Source: Fibrobacterales bacterium (lineage in GTDB: Bacteria; Fibrobacterota; Fibrobacteria; Fibrobacterales; JAOPTW01). From it: a stretch of DNA of 64,000 nt. Below, in pieces: positions 49,719 to 59,849 of this stretch (position 1 is the stretch's first letter; each line of letters starts with the position of its first letter). Made by a program: the position numbers and the translations under genes. The notes below the pieces were generated by a model, which was given only the letters and a program-made list of their open reading frames with translations, was not told the DNA's origin and searched no databases. The stretch covers positions 1-64,000 of the forward strand of contig JAOPTW010000034.1 of NCBI GenBank assembly GCA_051532035.1, given 5' to 3'.

Positions 49719-49792
49719 TACGGCTGCAAGGGTTCGAACCTTGGACCTACGGTTTAGAAAACCGTTGCTCTATCCAACTGAGCTACAGCCGC
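49719..49792 (-). tRNA. tRNA-Arg (anticodon UCU); CCA not encoded
   Basis: GCGGCTG-TA-GCTC AGTTGGATA GAGC-A-ACGGT TT TCT AA ACCGT-AGGTC-CAAGG TTCGAAC CCTTG-CAGCCGT-A folds into a cloverleaf. Confidence 0.97.
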
Positions 49793-50003
49793 ATTTTAGC
49801 CTGAAATGGAATAGAACCGGAATTCTGCCCATTCAGATTTAATGACCCAAATTTAATCAAATGAGAAACACTTTTAAAGGAAATTTGTCATAATTGCAAA
49901 ATTTTACTGTTTTTACACTTTAGTATTATGAGGCACACTGAAGAATATCTGAATTTCTTATATTTGGGTAACACAAACAATCAAGCAAAACGAGTTAACA
50001 GAC

Positions 50004-50267
50004 ATGGAACAACTAAACGGTATTCTCCCCTTAGTATTGATGATCCCTATATTCTACTTTTTCTTCATTCGCCCACAACAGCAAGAGGCCAAAAAAAAGA
50101 AAGAGATGCTAAAAAATCTTAAAAACGGCGATAAAGTACTCACTCAAGCAGGTATGTATGGAGTGGTAACGGCAGTTTCTGATGACGCTATAACACTTAA
50201 AGTTGCCGATGGTGTGAAAATTGATTTTAGTAGACCGTCAATAACTGAAAAAGTGGTTAAAGACTAA
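50004..50267 (+). CDS. yajC: Preprotein translocase subunit YajC
   Basis: 'FYFFFIRPQQ', 'LKNGDKVLTQAGMYG.V'. Confidence 0.95.
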   Translation: MEQLNGILPLVLMIPIFYFFFIRPQQQEAKKKKEMLKNLKNGDKVLTQAGMYGVVTAVSDDAITLKVADGVKIDFSRPSITEKVVKD

Positions 50268-50269
50268 AC

Positions 50270-50788
50270 ATGGCAATACTTGATATCAAAAAATATGGTT
50301 CTACAGTACTTCGCAAAAAAGCGGAGGCTGTATCAGAAGTAACCCCTGAACTGGTTACTTTTGCAGAAGATATGCTCGAAACCATGTATGATGCTCCTGG
50401 GGTTGGATTAGCAGCACCACAAGTAGGAAGGTCTATACAACTTATCGTCGTTGATGTAAGTAAAACAGAAGAAAACAATGAGCCTTATATCATTTTTAAT
50501 CCTGAAATAACCCCTGTAGAGGGATGCGAAACTGATATTGGAGAAGAAGGGTGCCTTTCGGTTCCTGATATCTATGCTGAGGTTGAACGTCCATCAGTAA
50601 TTACACTAACTGGACTCAATGAGCGCGGTGAATCCATTGAGTTTAAAGAGGTTGATGGGTTTTTAGCACGGTGTTTTCAACATGAAGTAGATCACCTTAA
50701 TGGTGCGCTCTTTGTCGATAAAATTAACGCGACCTCAAAAGCCATGCTCAAATCTAAACTCAAAAAAATGGCAAAAGATAATAAGTGA
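50270..50788 (+). CDS. def: Peptide deformylase
   Basis: 'GVGLAAPQVG', 'EGCLSVP', 'QHEVDHLNG'. Confidence 0.98.
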   Translation: MAILDIKKYGSTVLRKKAEAVSEVTPELVTFAEDMLETMYDAPGVGLAAPQVGRSIQLIVVDVSKTEENNEPYIIFNPEITPVEGCETDIGEEGCLSVPDIYAEVERPSVITLTGLNERGESIEFKEVDGFLARCFQHEVDHLNGALFVDKINATSKAMLKSKLKKMAKDNK

Positions 50789-52170
50789 TGCCCAAGTATC
50801 TTCTTGTGCTTCTCCCCTTTCTGATACTGAGCTGTGCTCATATTCGTCGTGACATATATATGGACGACATGGAATATGAGCGAATGGTTCAGCGGGAACT
50901 CGCTCCTATACGCTCTATGGAAGAATGGAACGAGATTCCAGATGACCCCACAGAGCGATCAAGGGATTTTGGTTCTCTCACCCACTGGGAGACTGAGCCC
51001 AAAGTTTTTAAAAAAATATCACAACCCGATCTCCGTCACATAATACGTATCGGTTTGTTCATTAATAAAAAGAACCATACCTTTACTCCCCAAAATGAGG
51101 TAACCCTCCGAATTAAAAAGAAAAACACTTGGAGTTCAAAAATACGAACCGCAGCGCCTATCACGATCACTCGTGACAATTCTCGCATGCTTATTTTAGT
51201 AAACAACAAAAGATATTTTACAGAATCATCACTGCAAATTATACCCACCAATCCTCGAACAGGGGTCACAATAGATGGAGATGAGTCCTATCGTGGCTAC
51301 TTTGAAGTGCGTCTGAACAGTTCTCATTTAACTCTTATTAATGAGCTTCCTATCGAGGAATACTTAAGAGGGGTCCTCCCTCATGAAATGGGACATCGAA
51401 AAGAAAACCATCTTGAAGCTCTTCGGGCACAAGCTATTTCCGCTCGAACCTATACCTATAAACACCTCAACTCTCGTAAACAGTATCACTTTGACCTCTT
51501 TGCAGATGTGCGAGATCAGATGTATAAAGGAATTAATAGTGAATATGGACTCAGTGATTTCGCAGTGATGAGTACAAAAGGTGTAGTCATCACCCATAGC
51601 GACACTCTTATTGACGCTTATTATCACAGTACCTGCGGCGGTAGAACAGCATCCATTCACAACGTGTGGCCCAACGCCTCCCCAACCCCTTATCTTATTA
51701 CTGCCCCCGATACTCGTCCCGATGGCACCCCATGGTGCTCTCAATCTAGGTTTGTCAACTGGACTCTCGACTGGAAACGTTCAGAGATCATTACCAATGC
51801 AAACAACTATTTGAAAAAAACCAATTCTTCTGCAAAACATTTTAGTCGCCTTGATCGTCTAGAGATTTTTGGATGGACTCATTCTGGACGAATCAAAGAG
51901 CTACGCTTAAATACGAATAGCGGAAACTACACTGTCACTAGTGACAAATCAAGATGGGCACTCAGAAGGCCAGGGAATAAATCAATTTTAATGAGTAGTC
52001 GATTTAAGCTTCAAAAAACAAAATCTGGTTACCGCGCAATTGGTAAAGGATTTGGTCACGGTATTGGTTTTTGTCAAATGGGAGCGATGAGTCGATCTGG
52101 TGCAGGGCAACCGTATGAACAGATTATTAAAGCGTACTATTCAGGCACTGAACTTGTTGAGCTTGAATAA
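50785..52170 (+). CDS. SpoIID/LytB-domain lipoprotein (putative lytic transglycosylase)
   Basis: Lipobox 'ILSC'; 'YRG', 'EEYLRGVLPHEM', 'ALRAQAISARTY', 'DQMYKG', 'YHSTCGG', 'GFGHGIGFCQMGA'. Confidence 0.93.
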   Translation: MMPKYLLVLLPFLILSCAHIRRDIYMDDMEYERMVQRELAPIRSMEEWNEIPDDPTERSRDFGSLTHWETEPKVFKKISQPDLRHIIRIGLFINKKNHTFTPQNEVTLRIKKKNTWSSKIRTAAPITITRDNSRMLILVNNKRYFTESSLQIIPTNPRTGVTIDGDESYRGYFEVRLNSSHLTLINELPIEEYLRGVLPHEMGHRKENHLEALRAQAISARTYTYKHLNSRKQYHFDLFADVRDQMYKGINSEYGLSDFAVMSTKGVVITHSDTLIDAYYHSTCGGRTASIHNVWPNASPTPYLITAPDTRPDGTPWCSQSRFVNWTLDWKRSEIITNANNYLKKTNSSAKHFSRLDRLEIFGWTHSGRIKELRLNTNSGNYTVTSDKSRWALRRPGNKSILMSSRFKLQKTKSGYRAIGKGFGHGIGFCQMGAMSRSGAGQPYEQIIKAYYSGTELVELE

Positions 52171-52190
52171 ATTCAAGCCACGCTCCTTTA

Positions 52191-52658
52191 TTAAAGAATT
52201 ACTTCTTCACCAAGACTTTCGTACCATGTCTGACCCGTTGCCATTTTGAGGTAAAGAGTTCGCGGCTTATTCCCCCCAACACACTCAGCGTCGATAAAGA
52301 CGCTATTTTTCCAAAGTAATTTACGTGCAATAAGAATGTTTCGTTCACCTATTCTAAAGTGAACATCTCCAATTGAGCTTCCGCCCGCCATCACTGTTCG
52401 AATATTCTTTTTAGATGCACCGTAACTATACATAGTATGAAACAACTCCGGTATAGCATAATCCCCAAACTCAAGTTTTTTTTCTTGAGAGGCAAAATTG
52501 TGTGACCACGTGGGCAGCTTATAATGAATCATCCCACCCACACAAGCAATATGATCATACGCAACAATACCGATACATGATCCCAGGGAGTGGGTTACGA
52601 TTATATCCTCAGGCACATTTGAAACAATAAATCCACCGATACCAATTGTTTTAATCAT
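52191..52658 (-). CDS. cheD: Chemoreceptor glutamine deamidase CheD, copy 2
   Basis: 'THSLGSCIG', 'GGMIHYKLP', 'AGGS', 'IGERN', 'VGG..PRT'. Confidence 0.92.
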   Translation of the reverse strand: MIKTIGIGGFIVSNVPEDIIVTHSLGSCIGIVAYDHIACVGGMIHYKLPTWSHNFASQEKKLEFGDYAIPELFHTMYSYGASKKNIRTVMAGGSSIGDVHFRIGERNILIARKLLWKNSVFIDAECVGGNKPRTLYLKMATGQTWYESLGEEVIL

Positions 52659-53683
52659 GAGAGGTGTGCCATAGCATGAGTAGTTATTTTATCGAGAGGG
52701 AGTATGACCGATCCAGCATCCACTTTTTCTGCAGCGCCAGGCATACCATAGACGACCGAGGTTTCTCTGTTTTGAATAATAGTATAGCCACCTGCATCTT
52801 TAATCTTTTTAAGACCAACAGCTCCATCACTTCCCATTCCCGTCAGAATGATGCCAATTGCATTTGCACCAACATATTGAGCAACGGTAGTAAAGAGCAC
52901 TTCAACAGCAGGTCTTTGATAATGAATCCTTGGCCCTTGGTTCAAGTCAACATAATATTGAGCACCCGATCGATTGACGAGCATATGATAGTTACCCGGT
53001 GCAATAAGAGCAGTACCTTGTAAGATTCTGTCCTTTGGTTTTGCCTCGCGAACCTCAATTACACATAACTCATTGAGCCGTTCTGCAAAAGATTTTGTAA
53101 ACTCTGCAGGCATATGTTGTACAATAACTATACCCGGCGCATTTGCAGGCATAGCGGTGAGCACATCGTGAATAGCGTTAGTCCCACCTGTTGAGGCCCC
53201 TATTGCAATAATTTTATTTGTTGTTTCTGTCAGCGAATGACGAACTATCTGTTGAGAAGTTTCTACCCCCGCAGTTTTTCGTTTAGGAAAATTGCGGACT
53301 TGTGCAGCGGCTCTTATTTGTTCAATAAGTGTCGGAATAACCTCTTCAATTGTGTATGCAGAGCCAGGTTTACAGAGCACATCTGTAGCGCCAATATCAA
53401 GAGCTTCCATTGCCATGGCACCATTTTTTGGGGTAAGTGAACTGACAATGATTGTGGGAATGGGGTAGTGGGTCATTATTTTTTTTAAAAAAGTGAGCCC
53501 ATCCATTCTTGGCATTTCGATATCGAGAGTCATAACATCGGGCTTTAATTGAATAATTTTTTCGCGCGCAATGTATGGGTCTGCGGCTGTCCCAACAACC
53601 GTTATCCCTTCAACTGCCTGTAGCGATTTTTCTAATACACTTCTTACTACTGCAGAATCATCAACAATAAGAACAGAAATCAT
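52655..53683 (-). CDS. cheB: Chemotaxis response regulator methylesterase
   Basis: REC domain plus 'IGASTGG', 'VQHMP', 'LTGMGSDG'. Confidence 0.97.
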   Translation of the reverse strand: MISVLIVDDSAVVRSVLEKSLQAVEGITVVGTAADPYIAREKIIQLKPDVMTLDIEMPRMDGLTFLKKIMTHYPIPTIIVSSLTPKNGAMAMEALDIGATDVLCKPGSAYTIEEVIPTLIEQIRAAAQVRNFPKRKTAGVETSQQIVRHSLTETTNKIIAIGASTGGTNAIHDVLTAMPANAPGIVIVQHMPAEFTKSFAERLNELCVIEVREAKPKDRILQGTALIAPGNYHMLVNRSGAQYYVDLNQGPRIHYQRPAVEVLFTTVAQYVGANAIGIILTGMGSDGAVGLKKIKDAGGYTIIQNRETSVVYGMPGAAEKVDAGSVILPLDKITTHAMAHLS

Positions 53684-54135
53684 ACCTGATCAAGTGTAAA
53701 GTTAAATAGAATTGGGTGATCATCAGCAACAATCCAAAGAGAATACTCACTTTCCAAATCAGCATCTAAACATGACATATCAATGAGTTCCGGAATGGTA
53801 AGATTATATACCCCTTCAGTCCCGTAAAGTTCGGTAATTAAAAGCCCTGTAATCATATTTAAAACCTCTTTACCGGCATCTAATTCAACACTATCATTTT
53901 GTGTTGACTCCTCTTCAACTCCAAGCATATTAGCGGCAAAAAGCGCGAGAAGCTCATCAGAAGTCCACATATGTAAGACGCCAGTATGGGCTCCATTAAA
54001 TTCGATTTTTATCCCTTTTGAAGTCCAGTCTTTCTCTGGTATCTCTTCTAAGAAATCATCAGTAAAAACAAAAGCAGCTCCTTCGAGTGTTTCACAAATA
54101 ACCGCTCGAGCAACTTTTTCAAGATCATTCTTCAT
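53680..54135 (-). CDS. cheX: CheX/CheC-family phosphatase-like protein
   Basis: 'IEFNGAHTG', 'AANMLG', and the ExxN motif 'DAGKEVLNMITG'. Confidence 0.75.
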   Translation of the reverse strand: MKNDLEKVARAVICETLEGAAFVFTDDFLEEIPEKDWTSKGIKIEFNGAHTGVLHMWTSDELLALFAANMLGVEEESTQNDSVELDAGKEVLNMITGLLITELYGTEGVYNLTIPELIDMSCLDADLESEYSLWIVADDHPILFNFTLDQV

Positions 54136-54514
54136 CCCAGCCTCCTAAAATTTCAAGTAGGGTATCACGTAATTTTTCTGGACGAGATGGCTTGCGAAGA
54201 TATCCTGAAATCCCCATCTCCTTTAACTCTTCCATTCTCGTTTTACTTCCCTCTGTTGATATCACTATAATAGGAATATCTTTATACTCGTTATGACTTT
54301 TCATATACTGAACCAGCTCTACCCCATTCATATTTGGCATATTTATATCAGTCAATACAATATCCACAAAGTTTGTTTTCAATTTTTCGAGTGCAAGAAC
54401 ACCATCCTCAGCCTGGATAATTTCCTCTATTGGAAGTTTAGTCATGCTCAGGGTTCTTTCTAACGCCCCTCGTATAGTATTTGAATCATCAACAATTAAT
54501 ATTGTATAAGACAT
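54125..54514 (-). CDS. cheY: CheY-like single-domain response regulator
   Basis: 'LIVDDS', 'TDINMPNMNG', 'ISTEG', 'YLRKP'; lies within the che cluster. Confidence 0.9.
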   Translation of the reverse strand: MSYTILIVDDSNTIRGALERTLSMTKLPIEEIIQAEDGVLALEKLKTNFVDIVLTDINMPNMNGVELVQYMKSHNEYKDIPIIVISTEGSKTRMEELKEMGISGYLRKPSRPEKLRDTLLEILGGWDEE

Positions 54515-54562
54515 AGGTCACCTATTCTTTTCACAGTTATAAATAATACAGACATTCTTTTT

Positions 54563-55405
54563 TTATTCATACATTAACAGCACTTCTTGAAGCTTCATCG
54601 CCCCTTCTGCACACAACAGCTCAACTTGATTACCCGTAATACCTAAACGATCAAGGCATCCATCATCAATAACAATATTCATACCTTCACGACCAATACC
54701 AGCTCCAATCATACGGGCTGAAATATTAGCCACGCGTACTATATCAGTAAGAGTATTCTGCCCCTCTTCAATAGAATGGTGGTTTTTTACAGCAAGTGCC
54801 ATTGTTTCGGGTAGCCCCCACGCTTTTAAAATCTCATATCCAACATCAGCATGAGAAATACCAAGAACATTTCTTTCAGCCTGCTCATCTGAAAGGTCTG
54901 GAGAAAAGTCTATTTGTTTCCAAATCTCTTTAATTACATTTTCATCGAGAGCTCTACAAAGTACTAACTTCCCTACATCATGAAGAAGTGCAGTAGTAAA
55001 TCCTAATTTTTCATCTGAAGGCTCTTTCCGGATACGGCCTATTTCATCAGCAACAATGGCGGCAGCAACACTATGATTCCATAGGTCTTTCTCTGAATAT
55101 CCGTAGACATCCATGGTTACATTCATTTGCCCCTTAACCCCTTTGCCCAATAGATATTTTAAGATACGCTGACCACCCAACCGAATCACAGCATTTTTAA
55201 TTGAAGTAATTTCAACTCGGGAAGCAGACATAGCTGAATTGGCAAATTTAAGGACATCCATCGTAGCCGCTTCATCAAACTGAATGACCTCAACGATATC
55301 TTCAATATCACTTTCGAGGTCATTGACTAACGTCGCCAACCGTCCTATAGAAGGCGATAGAGGTGTCAGGTCTTCTATTTTAGCTAATATTTCATTTACC
55401 ATCAT
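54563..55405 (-). CDS. HDOD-domain protein
   Basis: 'VLKFANSA', 'SIKNAVIRLG', 'LWNHS', 'ALLHDVGKL', 'HADVG...L.AWGLP', 'NHH'. Confidence 0.93.
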   Translation of the reverse strand: MMVNEILAKIEDLTPLSPSIGRLATLVNDLESDIEDIVEVIQFDEAATMDVLKFANSAMSASRVEITSIKNAVIRLGGQRILKYLLGKGVKGQMNVTMDVYGYSEKDLWNHSVAAAIVADEIGRIRKEPSDEKLGFTTALLHDVGKLVLCRALDENVIKEIWKQIDFSPDLSDEQAERNVLGISHADVGYEILKAWGLPETMALAVKNHHSIEEGQNTLTDIVRVANISARMIGAGIGREGMNIVIDDGCLDRLGITGNQVELLCAEGAMKLQEVLLMYE

Positions 55406-55878
55406 AATTCTATCTTTTGTCCGTGTGAAGTGAACCAGGCTTTACCTGAGCCTATTTCTAAATAGAGTGTCCGGGGGAAAGTCCCGCCAACATGCTCTGC
55501 ATCAATTAACACATTGTTTTTCCAAAACAATTTTCTAGCAATGGTTATATTGCGTGATCCAATATCAAACTTTCCTTTCTCACCAATAACATGAGCTCCA
55601 CCTGCCATCACCACACGCATATTTTCTTTTTTCGCACCGAGTTCATAAGCCTTTTGAAAAAATGCCGGTATCCCCGTATCACCAAACATAAATGGCTTTA
55701 AAAGTGCCTTCTCTTTATCGATTTTTGATTGAGGTAGCATATAGTGAAGTATTCCCCCTACATTTACCTCAGGGTCAAACAGTGCTATACCTATACATGA
55801 ACCAAGGGCATGGGTTACTACAACATCATCACTCTGTGTACCAAACCCCATTTCAGATATGCCTACAGTATATCTCAT
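55402..55878 (-). CDS. cheD: Chemoreceptor glutamine deamidase CheD, copy 1
   Basis: 'THALGSCIG', 'GGILHYMLP', 'AGGA', 'IGSRN'. Confidence 0.94.
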   Translation of the reverse strand: MRYTVGISEMGFGTQSDDVVVTHALGSCIGIALFDPEVNVGGILHYMLPQSKIDKEKALLKPFMFGDTGIPAFFQKAYELGAKKENMRVVMAGGAHVIGEKGKFDIGSRNITIARKLFWKNNVLIDAEHVGGTFPRTLYLEIGSGKAWFTSHGQKIEL

Positions 55879-55879
55879 A

Positions 55880-56683
55880 TCATACCTTTAAATAGATGGA
55901 GGGTTTAATAGTTTTAAATTTATTTTCGATGCCTGTTAAACTTTCAGAATGACTAATGACAAGATATCCACCTGGTTTTAATAAACGGTACGCTTCATCA
56001 ACAATACGCTTTCGAATAATATTATCAAAATAGATCATTACATTTCTGCAAAATATCATATCCATCGGTCCGCTCATTGGATACGGTGCTTCAATCAGAT
56101 TGAGTCGTGCAAATTTAATCATAGATTTTAGAGTATTCGTTGCCACAAAGTTTTTTTCACCTTGGGATATTTTTTCTGTAAAATATTTTTTCTTATACGC
56201 TAAGGGAACATTGTGTAAGCTTTTATCAGGATACTCCCCTGCCTTACATTTCTCGAGAACTGCTGTTGAAATATCTGTTGCCAGCATTTTAACATCTATA
56301 TTCTTCCCACTCATCACTTCTTGCAACGTCATTGCAAGAGTATAAGGTTCCTCACCAGAAGAAGCCGCGGCACACCATATTTTAAAGTTCTTCTGGCCGT
56401 TTCTGATCCAGGTATCCATCAATTCAGTCAAAAAACCAAAGTGATCAGGCTCTCGATAAAAACTAGTGAAGTTGGTAGAGATGACATCAAGTAGTTGTAC
56501 TAATTCATTACCACTATTATCATTTTTTAAAAAGTTTAGGTATTCCGACTCATTTGACAGCTTTAATTTACGCAATCGTTTAGCAAGACGCGCAGAAACA
56601 AGTGCTTCTTTGGAGTCAAGTGTTATACCTGCCTTTGCATAGACAATATTTTTAATTTCTACAAATACTTCTGTGTCCATCAT
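55880..56683 (-). CDS. cheR: Chemotaxis protein methyltransferase
   Basis: 'STNFTSFYRE..HF', 'IWCAAASSGEEPYTLAM', 'ATDIS', 'IFCRNVMIYF', 'HSESL'. Confidence 0.97.
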   Translation of the reverse strand: MMDTEVFVEIKNIVYAKAGITLDSKEALVSARLAKRLRKLKLSNESEYLNFLKNDNSGNELVQLLDVISTNFTSFYREPDHFGFLTELMDTWIRNGQKNFKIWCAAASSGEEPYTLAMTLQEVMSGKNIDVKMLATDISTAVLEKCKAGEYPDKSLHNVPLAYKKKYFTEKISQGEKNFVATNTLKSMIKFARLNLIEAPYPMSGPMDMIFCRNVMIYFDNIIRKRIVDEAYRLLKPGGYLVISHSESLTGIENKFKTIKPSIYLKV

Positions 56684-56700
56684 ATATTAACAGTATCCTC

Positions 56701-59691
56701 TTACTTGACACTCTGCACAATTGCACCAACATCAAGAATCATACTAATTTTCCCATCACTCATTATCGCTCCACCAGACACACCATCTATTGAACCGATT
56801 CCTTCACCCAAACTTTTAATGACAACCTGTTGTTGTCCTAATATCTGATCTACTGAAAGGCCGATTTTTTTACCAAGCATATCTTCAACGACCATTACAA
56901 TACCATCAGTAAGCTCTAGGTCACTTCTAGGATTTCCAAAAAAATCAGATAACCTCACCAAAGTGATAGCCTCTCCCCTTACATCTATGTACTCGCCCTT
57001 ACCCGCAGCAGTACCTACCTGTGTACTATCAGGTCTCAATGAATCAATAATACTTAAGGTTGGTACTATATATCTTTCATTCGAAGCAGTAATAACCATA
57101 CCATCAATAATTGCTAAGGTAAGAGGCAGTCGTATAACAAAGGTTGTTCCCACCCCTAATTCAGAATAGGTTTCAACTGACCCTCTTGATTGTTCAATAT
57201 TTCTTCTCACCACATCCATACCAACACCACGACCCGAAATATCAGATATTTGATCAGCAGTCGAGAACCCCGGATGAAAAATAAGTTGATGGATATCATT
57301 ATCACTATGCGGATCTTCAGCTTTTATCAGGCCCTGTTTAATTGCTTTCTCTTTAATTTTTTCAATATTGAGACCACCACCATTATCTTGAATCTCGATA
57401 TTGATATTACCTGCCGCTTGGAAAGCTCTTAAGGTAACTCGAGCAGGTTCAGTCTTCCCATTTTGTTCTCGAACTTCTGGTGATTCAATGCCATGATCTA
57501 CTGAATTTCGAATCATGTGCATCAATGGATCTGCAATATTTTCAACAACTGATTTATCGAGTTCAGTATCTTCACCTTCCATAACAAATTGAATATTTTT
57601 ACCCGTTTTCTTTGAGTAATCCCGAACTAATCGAGCCATTTTTTGAAACGTTGATTTGATAGAAACCGTACGAAGTGCCATTGAAAGTTCTTGAATCTGT
57701 CGCATTATTTGGTCGACTGCCGAAACTTTTTTCTGAAAGCCTACAACATCTATTCCTTCTAAACCCTTATGATGCATGGTCATAATAGGATCAGCCGAAA
57801 TCATTGACTGTGCTATTACCGCTTCTCCAATTGTATCAATGAGCTGATCAAGTCTTCCGATAGGTACACGAACCGTTTCATCTATTCCCGCCGCTTTTTT
57901 AATGGGGGCTTGAGGTGCGGGAGCTTGGTCAGAGGTATCTGGCAGTACTTCATTCTTCGCCACCTCTTCTACCTTAGCAGGGGTCACTAGATTTTCATTA
58001 ACTGATTTTTCCACTGTACCCAATTTGTTCTGTAGTGAAAGATCAAGGCGTGCCATAATCGGGGTGTACGAAGCAGGCACATGGTAATTCTCTGTAGATA
58101 TAAAATCAGCAACAATATCAATAAACTCTTTAAGAAGGTCTATAGACTCAAGTAACACATCAACCTTTGGTGGGTCAAGAGTGAGTTCATTCTGCCTTGC
58201 CTTATCCATTAGATTTTCAACGTTATGTGCTAATGCTTGTATATCAAGGAGTTCTAAAAATCCAGCAATACCTTTTATAGTATGACAACCTCTAAATATT
58301 AGGTTGAGATATTCAGCATTTGTAGGATCATTTTCTAAGTCGAGTAAGGTATTCTCAATAATGGTTAAATGCTCACGAGATTCAGTTACAAAGTCTTCTA
58401 GGAACGATTTATCTGCACCAAGATTGAGACTCGTCCCACTTTCAACTAAAGCCTCTTCTTCAGCATGTTCACTTTGTGCCCCTGAGTTACTCTGTCCCGT
58501 ATCACCAATAAGAATATAATTCATCTCTTGTTCATCTATGACAACATCCTGACATGACTCATTTTCATCAGCTTTTCTTTTTATGAGAGCAATGAGCCTT
58601 TCTAAACCATGTAAATCAATCTGGTTTTCTAGTACAAATGAATCAACTAATGTGATGAGATTCACAAAAGAAGTACTTCTTGCACTAATGCAGTGAGAAC
58701 GCAATTCCTTTAAAATTGGACGAAAGAGTTCTTTAATAGAAGCTCCTGCTTGACATTGTGTGTGCGCATCTTCTAATTGAGCAATCAACGATTCAATGGG
58801 AATGGCACTTTCATCTACTCTCGATTCAGTCTCTGAAATCTCTACTGTTTGTTGAGAAGCATTGCTATCCTCCTCTAATTTACTAGCGCGTGATAAACTC
58901 TGACTCGATTCTTCTCTCCCTGCAGAAGATTGCAATATAATGTCACTTTCATGATCATGTATAGTTGCTTTCTCTCCTATAGCTAATTCATTCAGCTTCA
59001 TTGAGATGAGGTCTTTTAATCTAAACAACCCATCTGCACTCATTGTTTGATCATTCATCTTTTGTTCAACGCTATGAATCAGATGAGCAAACTTTTGAAG
59101 TCCCAGTACTCCAAGTTCACCTTTAAGTGTGTGGAGCTCTCTCAAAATACTTTGTACAGCGGTTTCGCTCCCTGATTCGTACTCTAAAATCATCTCTTCA
59201 AATTCATCAAATTTAGCTTGTTGCGAAGATATAAAAATTAGAAGAAGGTCTTGCATATCTGCCGGCACCTCATCACGATTATCGTCATCAAAACCATCAT
59301 CAAAATTTTCAATAGGTGGTGTGTTCATTGCGACAGCAAGAACGTCTTCTGTTTCATCGCCTCTATCACTGGCTGATGTTCCTTCATCCAGAGTATACTC
59401 TGGAAACTTCTTTTTTAAAAAGGTATCAACTGCTTTAGTTAGCTTATTAAAGCATTGCTGTAATTTTTTGAGGCCATCTTCGAAAGGTGTATCTTCTGAT
59501 GCTACTGCATCACAAAGTGACCCCGCTCTTTTTACATTCGTATAAAATGCTTGAGGAAATCCAGATACTTGAAGAATAATAATTGTGTCACTCCTCAACG
59601 TATTAATTGTCTCTGTATCGATACTCGATTCATTTAAAACTGTACACCAACGGTGTACAGTTTTAGAAACATTTAAAATTTCATTATTCAT
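56701..59691 (-). CDS. cheA: Chemotaxis histidine kinase with multiple Hpt-like domains
   Basis: Hpt motifs 'RELHTLKG' and 'RGCHTIKG'; 'DPLMHMIRNSVDHGIE'; 'SGRGVGMDVV'; 'LPLTLAI'; C-terminal CheW-like P5 domain. Start placed at ATG 59691 (AGGTG RBS). Confidence 0.96.
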   Translation of the reverse strand: MNNEILNVSKTVHRWCTVLNESSIDTETINTLRSDTIIILQVSGFPQAFYTNVKRAGSLCDAVASEDTPFEDGLKKLQQCFNKLTKAVDTFLKKKFPEYTLDEGTSASDRGDETEDVLAVAMNTPPIENFDDGFDDDNRDEVPADMQDLLLIFISSQQAKFDEFEEMILEYESGSETAVQSILRELHTLKGELGVLGLQKFAHLIHSVEQKMNDQTMSADGLFRLKDLISMKLNELAIGEKATIHDHESDIILQSSAGREESSQSLSRASKLEEDSNASQQTVEISETESRVDESAIPIESLIAQLEDAHTQCQAGASIKELFRPILKELRSHCISARSTSFVNLITLVDSFVLENQIDLHGLERLIALIKRKADENESCQDVVIDEQEMNYILIGDTGQSNSGAQSEHAEEEALVESGTSLNLGADKSFLEDFVTESREHLTIIENTLLDLENDPTNAEYLNLIFRGCHTIKGIAGFLELLDIQALAHNVENLMDKARQNELTLDPPKVDVLLESIDLLKEFIDIVADFISTENYHVPASYTPIMARLDLSLQNKLGTVEKSVNENLVTPAKVEEVAKNEVLPDTSDQAPAPQAPIKKAAGIDETVRVPIGRLDQLIDTIGEAVIAQSMISADPIMTMHHKGLEGIDVVGFQKKVSAVDQIMRQIQELSMALRTVSIKSTFQKMARLVRDYSKKTGKNIQFVMEGEDTELDKSVVENIADPLMHMIRNSVDHGIESPEVREQNGKTEPARVTLRAFQAAGNINIEIQDNGGGLNIEKIKEKAIKQGLIKAEDPHSDNDIHQLIFHPGFSTADQISDISGRGVGMDVVRRNIEQSRGSVETYSELGVGTTFVIRLPLTLAIIDGMVITASNERYIVPTLSIIDSLRPDSTQVGTAAGKGEYIDVRGEAITLVRLSDFFGNPRSDLELTDGIVMVVEDMLGKKIGLSVDQILGQQQVVIKSLGEGIGSIDGVSGGAIMSDGKISMILDVGAIVQSVK

Positions 59692-59849
59692 AGAGTTACA
59701 CCTAAATTTCCGATACTCTATTCTACAACTTAAATACCATGAATTACAATTATTTGCATCATTATTTGAGTAAATTATCATATATACCTATATTCAGGTC
59801 TTACAAAGACCCCCAATAGAACCATTTTGTTTTAACAGCAGGCAGACAA

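Noticed and set aside
49719..49792. tRNA-Arg as an integration site for an island or prophage
   Set aside because: No integrase was found, and I saw no duplicated tRNA 3' end in the window.
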